Origin: a virus | Lineage: Duplodnaviria; Caudoviricetes | DNA: 64,000 bases | Virus record (IMG/VR): IMGVR_UViG_638275558_000001 | Coordinates: 65,909-129,908 of that record | Reading direction: 5' to 3' (one strand) | Shown here: one piece after another, positions 30,639 through 40,330 of the stretch | Layout of the letters: each line of letters begins with the position of its first letter | How positions within the stretch are numbered: position 1 is the stretch's first letter | The notes under the pieces: generated by a model | Database searches by the model: none | Seen by the model: only the letters and a program-made list of their open reading frames with translations | What the model was told of the DNA's origin: nothing | Program-made: the position numbers and the translations under genes

Positions 30639-31474
30639 AGTTTTTTCCAGATGTTGAGAAAAGTTACCGGATCGAACAGTTTTTCCCTCGACACCCTGAA
30701 ACCCTTTTCTTTCAAATAGGATCCCGGAGCAACAAGTGCTTCCGGCTCACTCATGTCGATGTAGCAGGAAAAAAGTCCTTCCTGATCGGTAGTGCTATGT
30801 GGAAATTCTCTTTTGAACACCGGGTAAGTTTTAACAAAAAGGGAATCCACCGAAATGGTGAGTTCTTTCATAAAATACTTCACCGCTTCCAGTGTCTTGT
30901 TTTCTGGAATTGGTATGTTATTATAAGTTTCTCCCCTCCCCACTTTCTTAAAACCAAGTAGCAGAAGATGGCTCCCCTCTACCTGAGAAAGCATTTGCAT
31001 CATTTCAATGGTTTCTTCAAAGGGAACGCTCCCCCATACGTGCTGAGCCACCAGTTGCACATTGGGGGGCTTCTGATTCAGAAGATCGATATACGACTCC
31101 ACCGATTTCAAACCATGCACGCTGAAACCTATCCCAAAAAGCCGATTCGGAAAATAATGCCGGTAGAACTTCATAAGCTTTCGGGCAAACGAAGCATTGA
31201 AGGTGGTTACGTTAACATAACCCCGGCTGAACGTTTTGACAATGCGATATAACTCTTCCAGAAATCTCCCCTTCCAGAAAAAGCAGGGGTCTCCACCCCC
31301 TATGCTGAGTTCGTAGGTACCCATTTCGTTTAACATTCGTGCGAACCGGATCATGTCACCCGGATCACACTCTGATCCCTCCGGGGTGGAGTTTTCATAA
31401 CAGAAAGCACACCCAAAATTACACACGTTGGAGGGTTTGACATCAACGATATGCGGCACCTGAGTCTTAAACAT
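30635..31474 (-). CDS. Radical SAM enzyme
   Basis: CNFGCAFC (CxxxCxxC), GGGDP motif, NVTT; no Cys-rich SPASM tail. Confidence 0.9.
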   Translation of the reverse strand: MFKTQVPHIVDVKPSNVCNFGCAFCYENSTPEGSECDPGDMIRFARMLNEMGTYELSIGGGDPCFFWKGRFLEELYRIVKTFSRGYVNVTTFNASFARKLMKFYRHYFPNRLFGIGFSVHGLKSVESYIDLLNQKPPNVQLVAQHVWGSVPFEETIEMMQMLSQVEGSHLLLLGFKKVGRGETYNNIPIPENKTLEAVKYFMKELTISVDSLFVKTYPVFKREFPHSTTDQEGLFSCYIDMSEPEALVAPGSYLKEKGFRVSREKLFDPVTFLNIWKKL

Positions 31475-31598
31475 GATTACCTCTGAGTTTTGTTTTCGGT
31501 GCGTATGTTTTCCACAAAAACTACATAGGCTGAAAATACACCAAGAATAAAAATCTGAGCAAACCCCACAACCCCCGTTTTTGGATTTACTTCCGCTT

Positions 31599-32042
31599 TT
31601 ACTTCAAAAACGATACATATGATTCAAAGGTCTTTGATTTTCGGAATTTCTTCACAAACTGCTCAAGGGCTTCGTAAACGTCGGGGCGAACCAAGTTCTT
31701 CTCCTTCGTGAACACCACCCGCCTTGACTCCCAGTCAACCCCGAAGTTAAAAAAGTTATTAAGGCTGACACAAAGCGAAGTGAGGGGAAACTCATATATT
31801 TTTACAATTTCCCCATTTCTGTCTATAAGCACCGAATAATATCCTCTAAAAGCGTCGCACAGGTTGCGCACAGTCTCCAGAAAATCCGAAACCGGCGCAA
31901 AGTCTTCAAGCACATAGCAGGTTAGTTGAACGGCTTTTTCTTCATTCAGGTGCGTTACGGAATACATTACCGGCTTGACTACCATACTTCCTCCGTTTTT
32001 TTGACCGGAAAACCGAATCAAAACACCAGAGTTCCATTCCAC
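31599..32042 (-). CDS. Hypothetical protein
   Basis: 147 aa upstream of the radical SAM gene; start uncertain. Confidence 0.55.
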   Translation of the reverse strand: MEWNSGVLIRFSGQKNGGSMVVKPVMYSVTHLNEEKAVQLTCYVLEDFAPVSDFLETVRNLCDAFRGYYSVLIDRNGEIVKIYEFPLTSLCVSLNNFFNFGVDWESRRVVFTKEKNLVRPDVYEALEQFVKKFRKSKTFESYVSFLK

Positions 32043-32151
32043 ACAATACTAATTACCAGTATTTAATTCCCTGTTATTTCACATACCCTCTGGATCATTC
32101 TGTTTTCTTTCTTATATATTCCATTGTCAGTTGAAACCAAACAGATGAGCC

Positions 32152-33237
32152 ATGCCGAACTTCATTACAAACATCAGGAATTCCCGTTTTAAGGAAGTTC
32201 TGACCGAAATGTACCATTGCCATCACGAAAGCGAGTACCACCTTGAGGGAAATGTTTTAAATCACACGCTTATGGTATTGCAGGTGGTAGATAAGATAAC
32301 CGCTGATCACCGGGAGCAAACTAATCTATCCTTAACCGCCCTTCTTCATGATAGTGGGAAACCCTATACCCGTGTTGTCGAAAGGGGAAGAGTAATGTTC
32401 CCCGGTCATGAAGGGGTGTCTACGTATATCGCTCCTCTTCTGCTGTGTGAAGTATTGAGGGATTCCCTCATCACACCAAAAGACGCCATTCAAATCCTTT
32501 ACGGCGTCAATTACCATATGTTGCACTGGAAAAATCCAAACCTTTTTATGCGGCTTTTCACCGAAATGGTTAATTATACCTGTTTATATAACTTCTTGAA
32601 AAAATTCAATCAGTGTGATCTAAAGGGTAGGGTTTCTACAAAACCCCAAAAGCAGGAATTCCCCGTAATCCATTATTTTGAGAATACCCCGATCGGTACT
32701 GTTGAGCGCCATGTTTATTTTATGATCGGGGTTCCGGGGAGTGGAAAGAGCACGTTTCTTCAGAAAGTTGGAGAGGGGGCGATTGTATCCCGTGATGAAA
32801 TCATGATGGAATACGCCGCTGAAATAGGGATCACAGGAGACTACAATACTGTTTTCCGGGAGATTCACAACAACCCTATGCATAAAACCAAGGTCAACAA
32901 CCGCTACATGAACGCTTTCCGTAAGGCGGTTGAAGAGAATGAAAAGGTATTTGTAGACGCAACCAACATGAGTTATAAGAGCCGGAGACGTTTTTACAAT
33001 GCGCTTCGGCGGGATATTGCGGAAACCGTGGGTTACCATTATATCGTAATGCTTCCCGATTATTTTACGTGCATTGAACGCGCCGAAAATCGGGAAGGAA
33101 AGTCGATTTCAAGGGAAGTGGTAACCGATATTGCGCGGAGTCTGCTTCTTCCGTGCAGGGAACATCCCAACAGCATTGATACGACAATTTATATGTCTGA
33201 TGGGCATGATGAACATGTGTTGAGAGTAGCTTGGTAG
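32152..33237 (+). CDS. pnk: Polynucleotide kinase with N-terminal HD phosphohydrolase domain
   Basis: YHLEG...HT...LLHDSGK...H HD domain; P-loop GVPGSGKST, SRD, DATN and RAENR. Confidence 0.92.
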   Translation: MPNFITNIRNSRFKEVLTEMYHCHHESEYHLEGNVLNHTLMVLQVVDKITADHREQTNLSLTALLHDSGKPYTRVVERGRVMFPGHEGVSTYIAPLLLCEVLRDSLITPKDAIQILYGVNYHMLHWKNPNLFMRLFTEMVNYTCLYNFLKKFNQCDLKGRVSTKPQKQEFPVIHYFENTPIGTVERHVYFMIGVPGSGKSTFLQKVGEGAIVSRDEIMMEYAAEIGITGDYNTVFREIHNNPMHKTKVNNRYMNAFRKAVEENEKVFVDATNMSYKSRRRFYNALRRDIAETVGYHYIVMLPDYFTCIERAENREGKSISREVVTDIARSLLLPCREHPNSIDTTIYMSDGHDEHVLRVAW

Positions 33238-33257
33238 TTTTTAAGATTCGACGATGC

Positions 33258-33290
33258 TCCCCCTGCTCAAGCGGGGGGATTTTTTATTTA
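33258..33290 (+). terminator. Intrinsic terminator after pnk, abutting a late motif
   Basis: tccccctgc-tcaa-gcgggggga stem followed by a T-tract, then TTATTTAATCAAAAA-GTG. Confidence 0.8.
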
Positions 33291-33298
33291 ATCAAAAA

Positions 33299-35971
33299 GT
33301 GGAACCTTTAGAGAAACTACTTGCCGTTCTCAAAAAGCTTGAAGCGTTTGAGGAATATCTTTCAAAGATAGATCTTGGAACGCTGGATCAGGTGATTACC
33401 CGGCTTAGAAAGCTCCGGGAATCCAACGAAAAACTGTACAAAGACTATCTTGAAGAACTTGAAAAGCTTTTCAGCACCAATCAGGAAACGCTCGAAAAGC
33501 TGGTAGACGCCCTTTCGGAGTTTACGGAAGAGGAAAAGGAAAAACTTGAAAATTTCCTTGAGACGCACCAGAAAGACGCCGCACGACTTCTTGGATATAT
33601 TGACGTTTTTGAAGCGTCGTGGAAACACATGAGCGCCGAACAACGGGCGGCATTTGAATCCTTTATCGACAGACTCAGAGAACTTCGTAGAAACCTCAAT
33701 CTCGATCGATTCAAGACGGAAACAGCATTCGATGTTTTCGACAAAGCACGAAGAGACCTTGGGGTGCCTTATGAATATATCAATCGGTTTGCATTAGACT
33801 TTATCAGATTTCGCCAGCGATCAGAAATTTTCTTCAAACAGATCATGGCATTTTTCACCTATGAAAGGGTGACAAGGTATACCGCTTATGGAATGGCAAT
33901 TAATCTGGTACAGGGGGCGCTTGAACGCTACATTGAAACTACTGATGAAGTGATCAGAGTTACCGGTATTTACAACCGGCTGCTTAGGGATCAGGCGCTT
34001 CAGTTTTACCGCGCAAATATTGATCTGAGACGCTTCGGTGTTCAGCTCCGGGATACTACCCGCTTTATTGCCGAATTTTATGCATTTACGCGCACGCGCG
34101 ATCCGTTCGCGTTGATAGCTCAGACAGCAGCGGGTGCTGGAGACAACATCGACGGATTCATGCGTCAGATGATTCTCTTGAATCAGCGCCTGAATATTGA
34201 CAGCCGCACGCTAACACGTAACATGCTACTTGCAGCTACCACGCTGGAAGATAATATCATGCAACATATTCAGCTTATCACTGCTTTTGCAAATGAAGCA
34301 AATTTGAGCGCTACCGAACTGGTCAGCGATCTTGTTGAAAGTTATTCAGAATTTGTCGTGCTGCTTGGAAGCGGGGCGCGTCAGATCACGCAAACTCAGA
34401 TTGCACTGGCGCGGTGGAATATGTCGCTCAGAGACGGCATGAATATTCTGAAAGGTCTCTATCAATCTCAGGAATCGGTGATCGACTCGCTCATTCAGAT
34501 TCAGATTCTCTCGCGCCAGCCGGTTGATTTCGAACGCTTCTTTGGAGCCATGCTCACCGGCGACATTGAAGGAATCGTCGATCAGCTTGCGGAAATGGCA
34601 ATGCAGATGCGGGGCATGATGGATGAACTCCCCATTTATCGTATGCAGTTTGAGCGGGCACTTGAAGGGTTGGGCTTAACCTCCGAGCAGATCGCAACGA
34701 TTCTTGGAAAGTCCAGAGAGCAGCTTACAGGGTTCGGCACTATCGTGGAAGATTTCCGCCGGAAGCTTTCACCTGAAATGCTTATCCAGACTTTTGATGA
34801 ACTTCTGAGACCCAACGAATGGGAAGAATTGAAGAATGCGGTGGATGCATTCTTCGAGACGTTTATGCTTTACGGCGCTGAACTCATTCGCAACATGATT
34901 CCGGTGCTTAGAATTCTGACACAGGGAATGCAATTGATGTTCAAGTGGTCTCAGGCTATGACCGATCTTATCGATAAGGTTGGTAGCCTTGGTGGATTGT
35001 TGAAAGACAACGTTCTTGGAGATTTCTTCAAAAGCATTTTCGCGTTTCTTGGACCCGGTGCCGCGCTTTACGCTATTGCGAATATCGGAAAGCTTGGAAC
35101 TGCACTCAAGATGTTATTTGATTTAATCATTTCCATTCCTCGCCGCATTGGGGGAGGGGTTGTAAACCGTATTGGTTCCTTTTTCAGTCGTCTTGGAGAT
35201 GTGTTCAAGAAGTTCTTCGGTAGCCGGGAAATGAAACAGGTTGCGGAGGATGCAACTTCAAGAAGAGGAATTCTCCGTCGAATCACCGGTGGAGTCAAAG
35301 ATTTTACCAAAAACCTCTTTCAAAGCTTTTCGCTTGGATCGATCGTTCGTTTTACAGCAGCGGTGGGGGTGCTGGTTGGTGGTATTTATCTTTTCGGAAA
35401 AGCTGTGAAATCACTTCAGGGAATCGACTGGGGTGAGACTTCGAAAGGATTGCTTGCCTTCTTTGGAGCGCTTACCACTACGGTAGGGTTGATCAGTCTT
35501 GGTGGTCTTCTTTCACTTCCCGCACTTCTTACCGGTCTTGCAGCTTCCATAGGCGCTATTGCCGTGGTGGCGGGCGGTCTCTATCTCACCGGTGAAGCTA
35601 TGGGAGTGTTTGCCAGCAACCTTCAGAGACTTGCTTCCACGCTGGAAACCTACCCCAATCTGACTTCCGGTATATTCCGTCTGGCTGGAGCACTTGGTAC
35701 GCTTGGTGCCGTCGGTACGATTGCTGCTCCGGGCATGCTGGTTGGAGCTATTACCGAAGCCGTAAGTGCGGCGATCAAACCCGATGTGGCTGTAAAAGCC
35801 ATTATCGATCCAGATGTAATTACCGCCGGAGAAAAACTGATCGCAAACAAACTTGACCGGATTATTGCGCTGCTTACGGAAATGCAAAATAGAACGGAGC
35901 CAAGAGTGGTTACGCTGAATAAGCCGGAAAAGCCGGTTGAAAAACCAATCTTCAGCACATTTAACTTTTAA
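33299..35971 (+). CDS. Tape-measure-like protein (start revised to GTG 33299)
   Basis: About 890 aa, helical/coiled-coil with G/A-rich hydrophobic C-terminal segments; the track's ATG lies at the edge of the terminator, so its 5' end would run through the hairpin. Confidence 0.6.
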   Translation: MEPLEKLLAVLKKLEAFEEYLSKIDLGTLDQVITRLRKLRESNEKLYKDYLEELEKLFSTNQETLEKLVDALSEFTEEEKEKLENFLETHQKDAARLLGYIDVFEASWKHMSAEQRAAFESFIDRLRELRRNLNLDRFKTETAFDVFDKARRDLGVPYEYINRFALDFIRFRQRSEIFFKQIMAFFTYERVTRYTAYGMAINLVQGALERYIETTDEVIRVTGIYNRLLRDQALQFYRANIDLRRFGVQLRDTTRFIAEFYAFTRTRDPFALIAQTAAGAGDNIDGFMRQMILLNQRLNIDSRTLTRNMLLAATTLEDNIMQHIQLITAFANEANLSATELVSDLVESYSEFVVLLGSGARQITQTQIALARWNMSLRDGMNILKGLYQSQESVIDSLIQIQILSRQPVDFERFFGAMLTGDIEGIVDQLAEMAMQMRGMMDELPIYRMQFERALEGLGLTSEQIATILGKSREQLTGFGTIVEDFRRKLSPEMLIQTFDELLRPNEWEELKNAVDAFFETFMLYGAELIRNMIPVLRILTQGMQLMFKWSQAMTDLIDKVGSLGGLLKDNVLGDFFKSIFAFLGPGAALYAIANIGKLGTALKMLFDLIISIPRRIGGGVVNRIGSFFSRLGDVFKKFFGSREMKQVAEDATSRRGILRRITGGVKDFTKNLFQSFSLGSIVRFTAAVGVLVGGIYLFGKAVKSLQGIDWGETSKGLLAFFGALTTTVGLISLGGLLSLPALLTGLAASIGAIAVVAGGLYLTGEAMGVFASNLQRLASTLETYPNLTSGIFRLAGALGTLGAVGTIAAPGMLVGAITEAVSAAIKPDVAVKAIIDPDVITAGEKLIANKLDRIIALLTEMQNRTEPRVVTLNKPEKPVEKPIFSTFNF

Positions 35972-36306
35972 TCTTCATCCTTTTCTTCTCCCTTTTTCCA
36001 GACCGGATGATACCAGTCGTTTTCTTTCATCAGGTTGATGTAAAATACATATTTATAATTTTCAAATTTTTCATTCATGCGAAGCTTATAGAGATAATCA
36101 TCTTTGAACTTTTGGATAGGTATTCTTCCTCCAACATAAAGCAGACCACCTTTTCCCACCACAAAGAACATATCTTCGGGGAAACGTTTGATCTGAAGCA
36201 CTTCGATCACATCGTCAATGGTAAAAAACTTGTATGCGGTTTCTTTGGATGCGTTGTAAATGTAATAATGATGCGCAACGTTGGATTTTCTGTTATCCGT
36301 AATCAT
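35968..36306 (-). CDS. Hypothetical protein
   Basis: 112 aa; TTATTTAATAG motif upstream. Confidence 0.6.
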   Translation of the reverse strand: MITDNRKSNVAHHYYIYNASKETAYKFFTIDDVIEVLQIKRFPEDMFFVVGKGGLLYVGGRIPIQKFKDDYLYKLRMNEKFENYKYVFYINLMKENDWYHPVWKKGEEKDED

Positions 36307-36372
36307 AGAAGTTTCTGCTTAAGTAGCTAAATATCACTATTAAATAACCGGATTTGATATTTAAAGAAAAAG

Positions 36373-37986
36373 ATGAAATTAACCGATCTCAGAAATAAAG
36401 TTACAAACGCATATAACCAGATTTCCAAGCAGAACCGCGAGTTAATCGCCGCCAAACTTCGTAAAGACTCCAGTGCCACCATTTACTTCGGGGCTGCTGT
36501 CGAAAAACTTGACGACGCTACGATCAAAGAACGTATGATCGACGTTTTTGCCACGATCATTGCTCAGGCGTATGATCGCGCGATTTCCTTGCGCAAAGGA
36601 AAACCGACACATCTACCCTCCCCTCAGTCAATGGTACTTACGCTGGCAAGATTTTACGTGGAAAATGAAGACATTACGCTCAGCAAACTTAACGAAATTT
36701 CCATTGCGCTGGGCTGGTATATCGCGCTGGTAAACGAACCGAATTTGCTTCAAAAATACAACCTCCCCAAACAGATCACGGAACTTGAGCCGGAGCAGCT
36801 TCTGCACACTTACAACCAGATCGCAAGATATTCCGACACCTATCAGGTGGAACTGGTAAATCGCTATAAAGAAATTATCGATTTCCTGACGCAAAACGGT
36901 GAAGAGTTCTGGGAAAAAGAATACGGGGTTATTTTCAAACCTTCCTCTTACGAAATCAACGCCAAAGTGCTTCAGCTTGCCTCCGATCGTCTTTTTATCT
37001 GCACCGCACTTAACCCTATTTTCCACGACACCTATTATCCTTACTATGTGCTTGTAGTCAACCCGGCTTACAAGGGAGACGGCAATGTTCACTATATCAA
37101 AGACGGCGTCAAGGGATATTCAGGTATGGAGTTTTATCTTGCCACCTTCTCCGACAAACACCCCTACCAGAAGGGATTATTTGCTCAGTTTCGTAGCCAG
37201 TATAATATCGCCACCCCTCTCAGCTTTATCGAAAGCAGACTGTATCTGGGGGATTTTATGGAGTTTTTGTGGAAACGTAAAGATCTTCAGCCGCATATCT
37301 CTAAACTCATAAACCTTTACAAACAACACCCGGCTTATCTTTTCGATGAGAACGCAATGAAAAGGTTTGTGGAAAATGAGCTTTTCGATTTCAAAAATAT
37401 CAACGACTCACCCGGCGCACGCGAAGCCGTAGCTTATTTTTATTCCAAGATCGACAACCGTTCTTTTATCGAGGGGCTGACTCCGCTGATCGGAGCCGCC
37501 GTTGAAACGGTTATGGAATCGGGAGAAGACCCCAATTACAAAAATGTACTTCCGGTGCTGGTAGAGCTTATGGTCAAAAACAACTACGCTATGAAAAAGA
37601 TTGAAGAAGCTGTAATCGAAGCGGTGCATAGAAAAGCGGAAAACATTCTCAAATTCACCCCGGAAGACCATATCAGATATATGGCAATTCATTTCGCTCA
37701 TAAAAATATTCCTTCAAATTCTGAAGAAGAAGGAAGAGATTTTGCCGAACAGATTTATTATAACATAATCAGACCTCAGATTACAGGCACCTCACCGTAT
37801 GCTATTATGTTTAAACGTTTTATATATTCAATCATTCTTGCCGAAATGAAAGGTATTCTCAAAAACAAGATAAATCAGGTGGTTAAAGAAATGGAAGAAG
37901 AATTCGGGTTTGGAGACATTTCCCTTGCCGATTTCGACTGGGGGGGCGGTGAAGAAGACGAAGATTCGTTCGAAATGGAACTTTAA
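36373..37986 (+). CDS. Hypothetical protein, paralog of 27848-29641
   Basis: 537 aa; ATATTTAAAGAAAAAG-ATG upstream; acidic tail. Confidence 0.75.
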   Translation: MKLTDLRNKVTNAYNQISKQNRELIAAKLRKDSSATIYFGAAVEKLDDATIKERMIDVFATIIAQAYDRAISLRKGKPTHLPSPQSMVLTLARFYVENEDITLSKLNEISIALGWYIALVNEPNLLQKYNLPKQITELEPEQLLHTYNQIARYSDTYQVELVNRYKEIIDFLTQNGEEFWEKEYGVIFKPSSYEINAKVLQLASDRLFICTALNPIFHDTYYPYYVLVVNPAYKGDGNVHYIKDGVKGYSGMEFYLATFSDKHPYQKGLFAQFRSQYNIATPLSFIESRLYLGDFMEFLWKRKDLQPHISKLINLYKQHPAYLFDENAMKRFVENELFDFKNINDSPGAREAVAYFYSKIDNRSFIEGLTPLIGAAVETVMESGEDPNYKNVLPVLVELMVKNNYAMKKIEEAVIEAVHRKAENILKFTPEDHIRYMAIHFAHKNIPSNSEEEGRDFAEQIYYNIIRPQITGTSPYAIMFKRFIYSIILAEMKGILKNKINQVVKEMEEEFGFGDISLADFDWGGGEEDEDSFEMEL

Positions 37987-38876
37987 CTGGAAGTGTACAC
38001 CGTTTCTCCGACGATATAGAGACGCTGTCCACGAGATGTTCTTGAAACCTGAAAGGTGGCATTGTAAATGTCGTGATCTTCAACCACTTCTTCAAGCTTT
38101 TTCTTAATATCTCGATAAAGAAATGACTTTTCATCCACGTAGAAGAAGTACATCCACGTCTGATACTCTTCTCCCCCCATTTTTTCCGAAGAGTGATCTT
38201 CCTGATACAGGTGAAATCCGTAATCCTTTAAAATAGGTATATGTTTTTTGATGGCGTCGGATGAAGCCTCGCTTCCGTCATAAAATACCTTGAGAATCAT
38301 ATTCTCCATTCCGGTGGAAGGAATGACAACTTTCCCTTCTTCCGTATACGCACCCTGAATGGCAATAAGCAGCAGCCCCGGAGATATTTCATCAAAGAAC
38401 TGGTAGGTATCCTCGACGGCGCGAATATCGGTAATCAATGTAATCTTGGTTTTACCTTTTTTGACAAGGTTGCGAAGGGCAAAAATGGAAAGGAAAACAA
38501 CCGCTTCGAGAACCTGATCCGGAGACAAATCTTCCGATCTTCTTATGCTTAAGAAATACTCCCGGTGGTAGTCTCTCAGACGAAATCTCAGATCTTCCTC
38601 TTTCCTCAAAACCCTCGCAATGCGACGGTCTGTTTCAACAATGAAGTCGGTATGCGTTATTTTTTTCTCCCATTCTCCGTCGAAAAATTCTACATCGTAA
38701 ACAATAAAACCTATCGTGTTGTAGTGGTAGTTGATTTCTACTTCGATTCCCCATGAACTATCAGGCGCACGAAACAGAAAGTTTCGCGGGGTAAGCTTCC
38801 ACTTCTCCAGAACCGCGCTTTGAAAATTGACGAAGTTTGTAATGATTTTCCTGAGTGCATTCCTCAGTTCACTCAT
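37983..38876 (-). CDS. Hypothetical protein
   Basis: 297 aa; ATGA overlap with the protease gene. Confidence 0.7.
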   Translation of the reverse strand: MSELRNALRKIITNFVNFQSAVLEKWKLTPRNFLFRAPDSSWGIEVEINYHYNTIGFIVYDVEFFDGEWEKKITHTDFIVETDRRIARVLRKEEDLRFRLRDYHREYFLSIRRSEDLSPDQVLEAVVFLSIFALRNLVKKGKTKITLITDIRAVEDTYQFFDEISPGLLLIAIQGAYTEEGKVVIPSTGMENMILKVFYDGSEASSDAIKKHIPILKDYGFHLYQEDHSSEKMGGEEYQTWMYFFYVDEKSFLYRDIKKKLEEVVEDHDIYNATFQVSRTSRGQRLYIVGETVYTSS

Positions 38877-39406
38877 AAATAGCGATAAAGAGTTTTCTCA
38901 ACCGTTTCCAATATCTGAAGCGACTGTTTGGTTCCAAATCGAGATTCCTGAAGCACTCTTGCACTTTGAAAAGAAGGAACGGCTACAACATCTATCGCTG
39001 TGATAAAGAAGTCGTCAACAATTTCTACCCGTTTTTGCTGGCGGTAACCTACTTTGGTTTTACCGCTCCCACGAAGGGAAAACCCGAAATTGATACCGTT
39101 TTCAAGAAGCGATTTGACCAGATTTCCGTAAGGAGTTGGGAGAATGCGGAATTTTCCGTACACTTTATTTCCTTCCATCCATACGTCTACCCACTGCACG
39201 GCAAGGCGCTCAAGCGACACGAACCCGATTCGAAAATCGTTCTGGTAGGGGTGATCCAGCTCGCCGTACATCTGACCCTTTTCAATCTCCTGCTTCATAC
39301 GCTCCACTGCTTTTTTTACGGCTTCCGGCGTGTAGAGTGTACCATTGTCGGAAATGACGTCGGCTTCCATAATCAGAGCCGTATAAGTTTTATCGTTAAC
39401 TTCCAT
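38873..39406 (-). CDS. Prohead core protease, T4 gp21-like
   Basis: NGTLY, GELDHP, GFSLRGSG and DVVAVPS motifs. Confidence 0.92.
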   Translation of the reverse strand: MEVNDKTYTALIMEADVISDNGTLYTPEAVKKAVERMKQEIEKGQMYGELDHPYQNDFRIGFVSLERLAVQWVDVWMEGNKVYGKFRILPTPYGNLVKSLLENGINFGFSLRGSGKTKVGYRQQKRVEIVDDFFITAIDVVAVPSFQSARVLQESRFGTKQSLQILETVEKTLYRYL

Positions 39407-39411
39407 AGCGG

Positions 39412-40281
39412 TTATTCTTCAGTTTTATTGTTTTCTTCTTCCTTTTTGTCTTCGGCGTACAGGAAAACGGCTTCCACCGAAGGAAGCATTTCGCGAAGCC
39501 GCGCAAGCACATCGGTAAGCGCAACCAGCTTGGAAACACTTCCGCGAGAAGCTTCGATCGTGTTGATAAGCTCGCGAATGTAATTGCGATAGTTTTCATC
39601 CAGCGTAATCTTGTCAATGATCTCTTCGATCATTTCACACAATTCCTCGCTCACGCGGGCAATATCCTTTTCCAGTTCTTCCGTGATTTTTTCGGCTTCT
39701 TTCACCCTCTTTTCTTCGGGGATTTCATAACTATTCTGATCGTTTTCCTCCTCCATTAACACCTTTTCCTCTTCATCTTTCTTGTCCTGCTTGACATCTT
39801 TACGGATTTTTTCCACATCACGGCTGGAGTAACCTACCGGCGCGTCATACCCCGCAATGTCGCCGGTGGTGGTCATCTCCTCGATCTGTTTCAACGCCGA
39901 TTCATAAAGGTGCGAGAGGATTGCCGCCACTTTAGCAGGTTTCCTTGCGCTCAGGAAAAGCTCAGCCACACCAGCCGCGCGATAAATGCGGGGATCGATA
40001 CGGGTTTCGTAAACTTTTGAAAGCTGTTTTTCTCCAATGATCTTTTCCAGCGCTTCATGGAAACCGTTGTACTGGCGCTTTTTGCGGTATTCGTGGACGA
40101 AATAGGGAACCCTTTCATATTCCTGATCTATGCAGGCTTCGACAATTTTGGTAATGTAATAAACATCGTCAGATTCCACGAAATTCATCAATTCACTTGC
40201 GGAAGCCGACTCCAGCAATTTCTTGTCTTCCGAAGAAGCCTTCATGAACTGGAATAGAAGGATTATATCCTTCTGCTTCAT
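39412..40281 (-). CDS. Putative prohead core/internal head protein
   Basis: Acidic and helical, adjacent to gp21; several (L/I)xE-(A/S) sites; late motif upstream. Confidence 0.55.
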   Translation of the reverse strand: MKQKDIILLFQFMKASSEDKKLLESASASELMNFVESDDVYYITKIVEACIDQEYERVPYFVHEYRKKRQYNGFHEALEKIIGEKQLSKVYETRIDPRIYRAAGVAELFLSARKPAKVAAILSHLYESALKQIEEMTTTGDIAGYDAPVGYSSRDVEKIRKDVKQDKKDEEEKVLMEEENDQNSYEIPEEKRVKEAEKITEELEKDIARVSEELCEMIEEIIDKITLDENYRNYIRELINTIEASRGSVSKLVALTDVLARLREMLPSVEAVFLYAEDKKEEENNKTEE

Positions 40282-40330
40282 AACAACCTTTTTTTTCTTA
40301 AATAAATAAAATCGAAGGAGAATTAAACAA

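Noticed and set aside
30635-31474. Radical SAM as the maturase of the 12600-12755 peptide
   Set aside because: It lies 18 kb away, has no visible RRE or SPASM domain, and is coupled to the TNSSS gene; not excluded, but unsupported.
33254-33298. Track start of the 905-aa protein
   Set aside because: The first codons overlap the pnk terminator hairpin; GTG 33299 follows the late motif directly.
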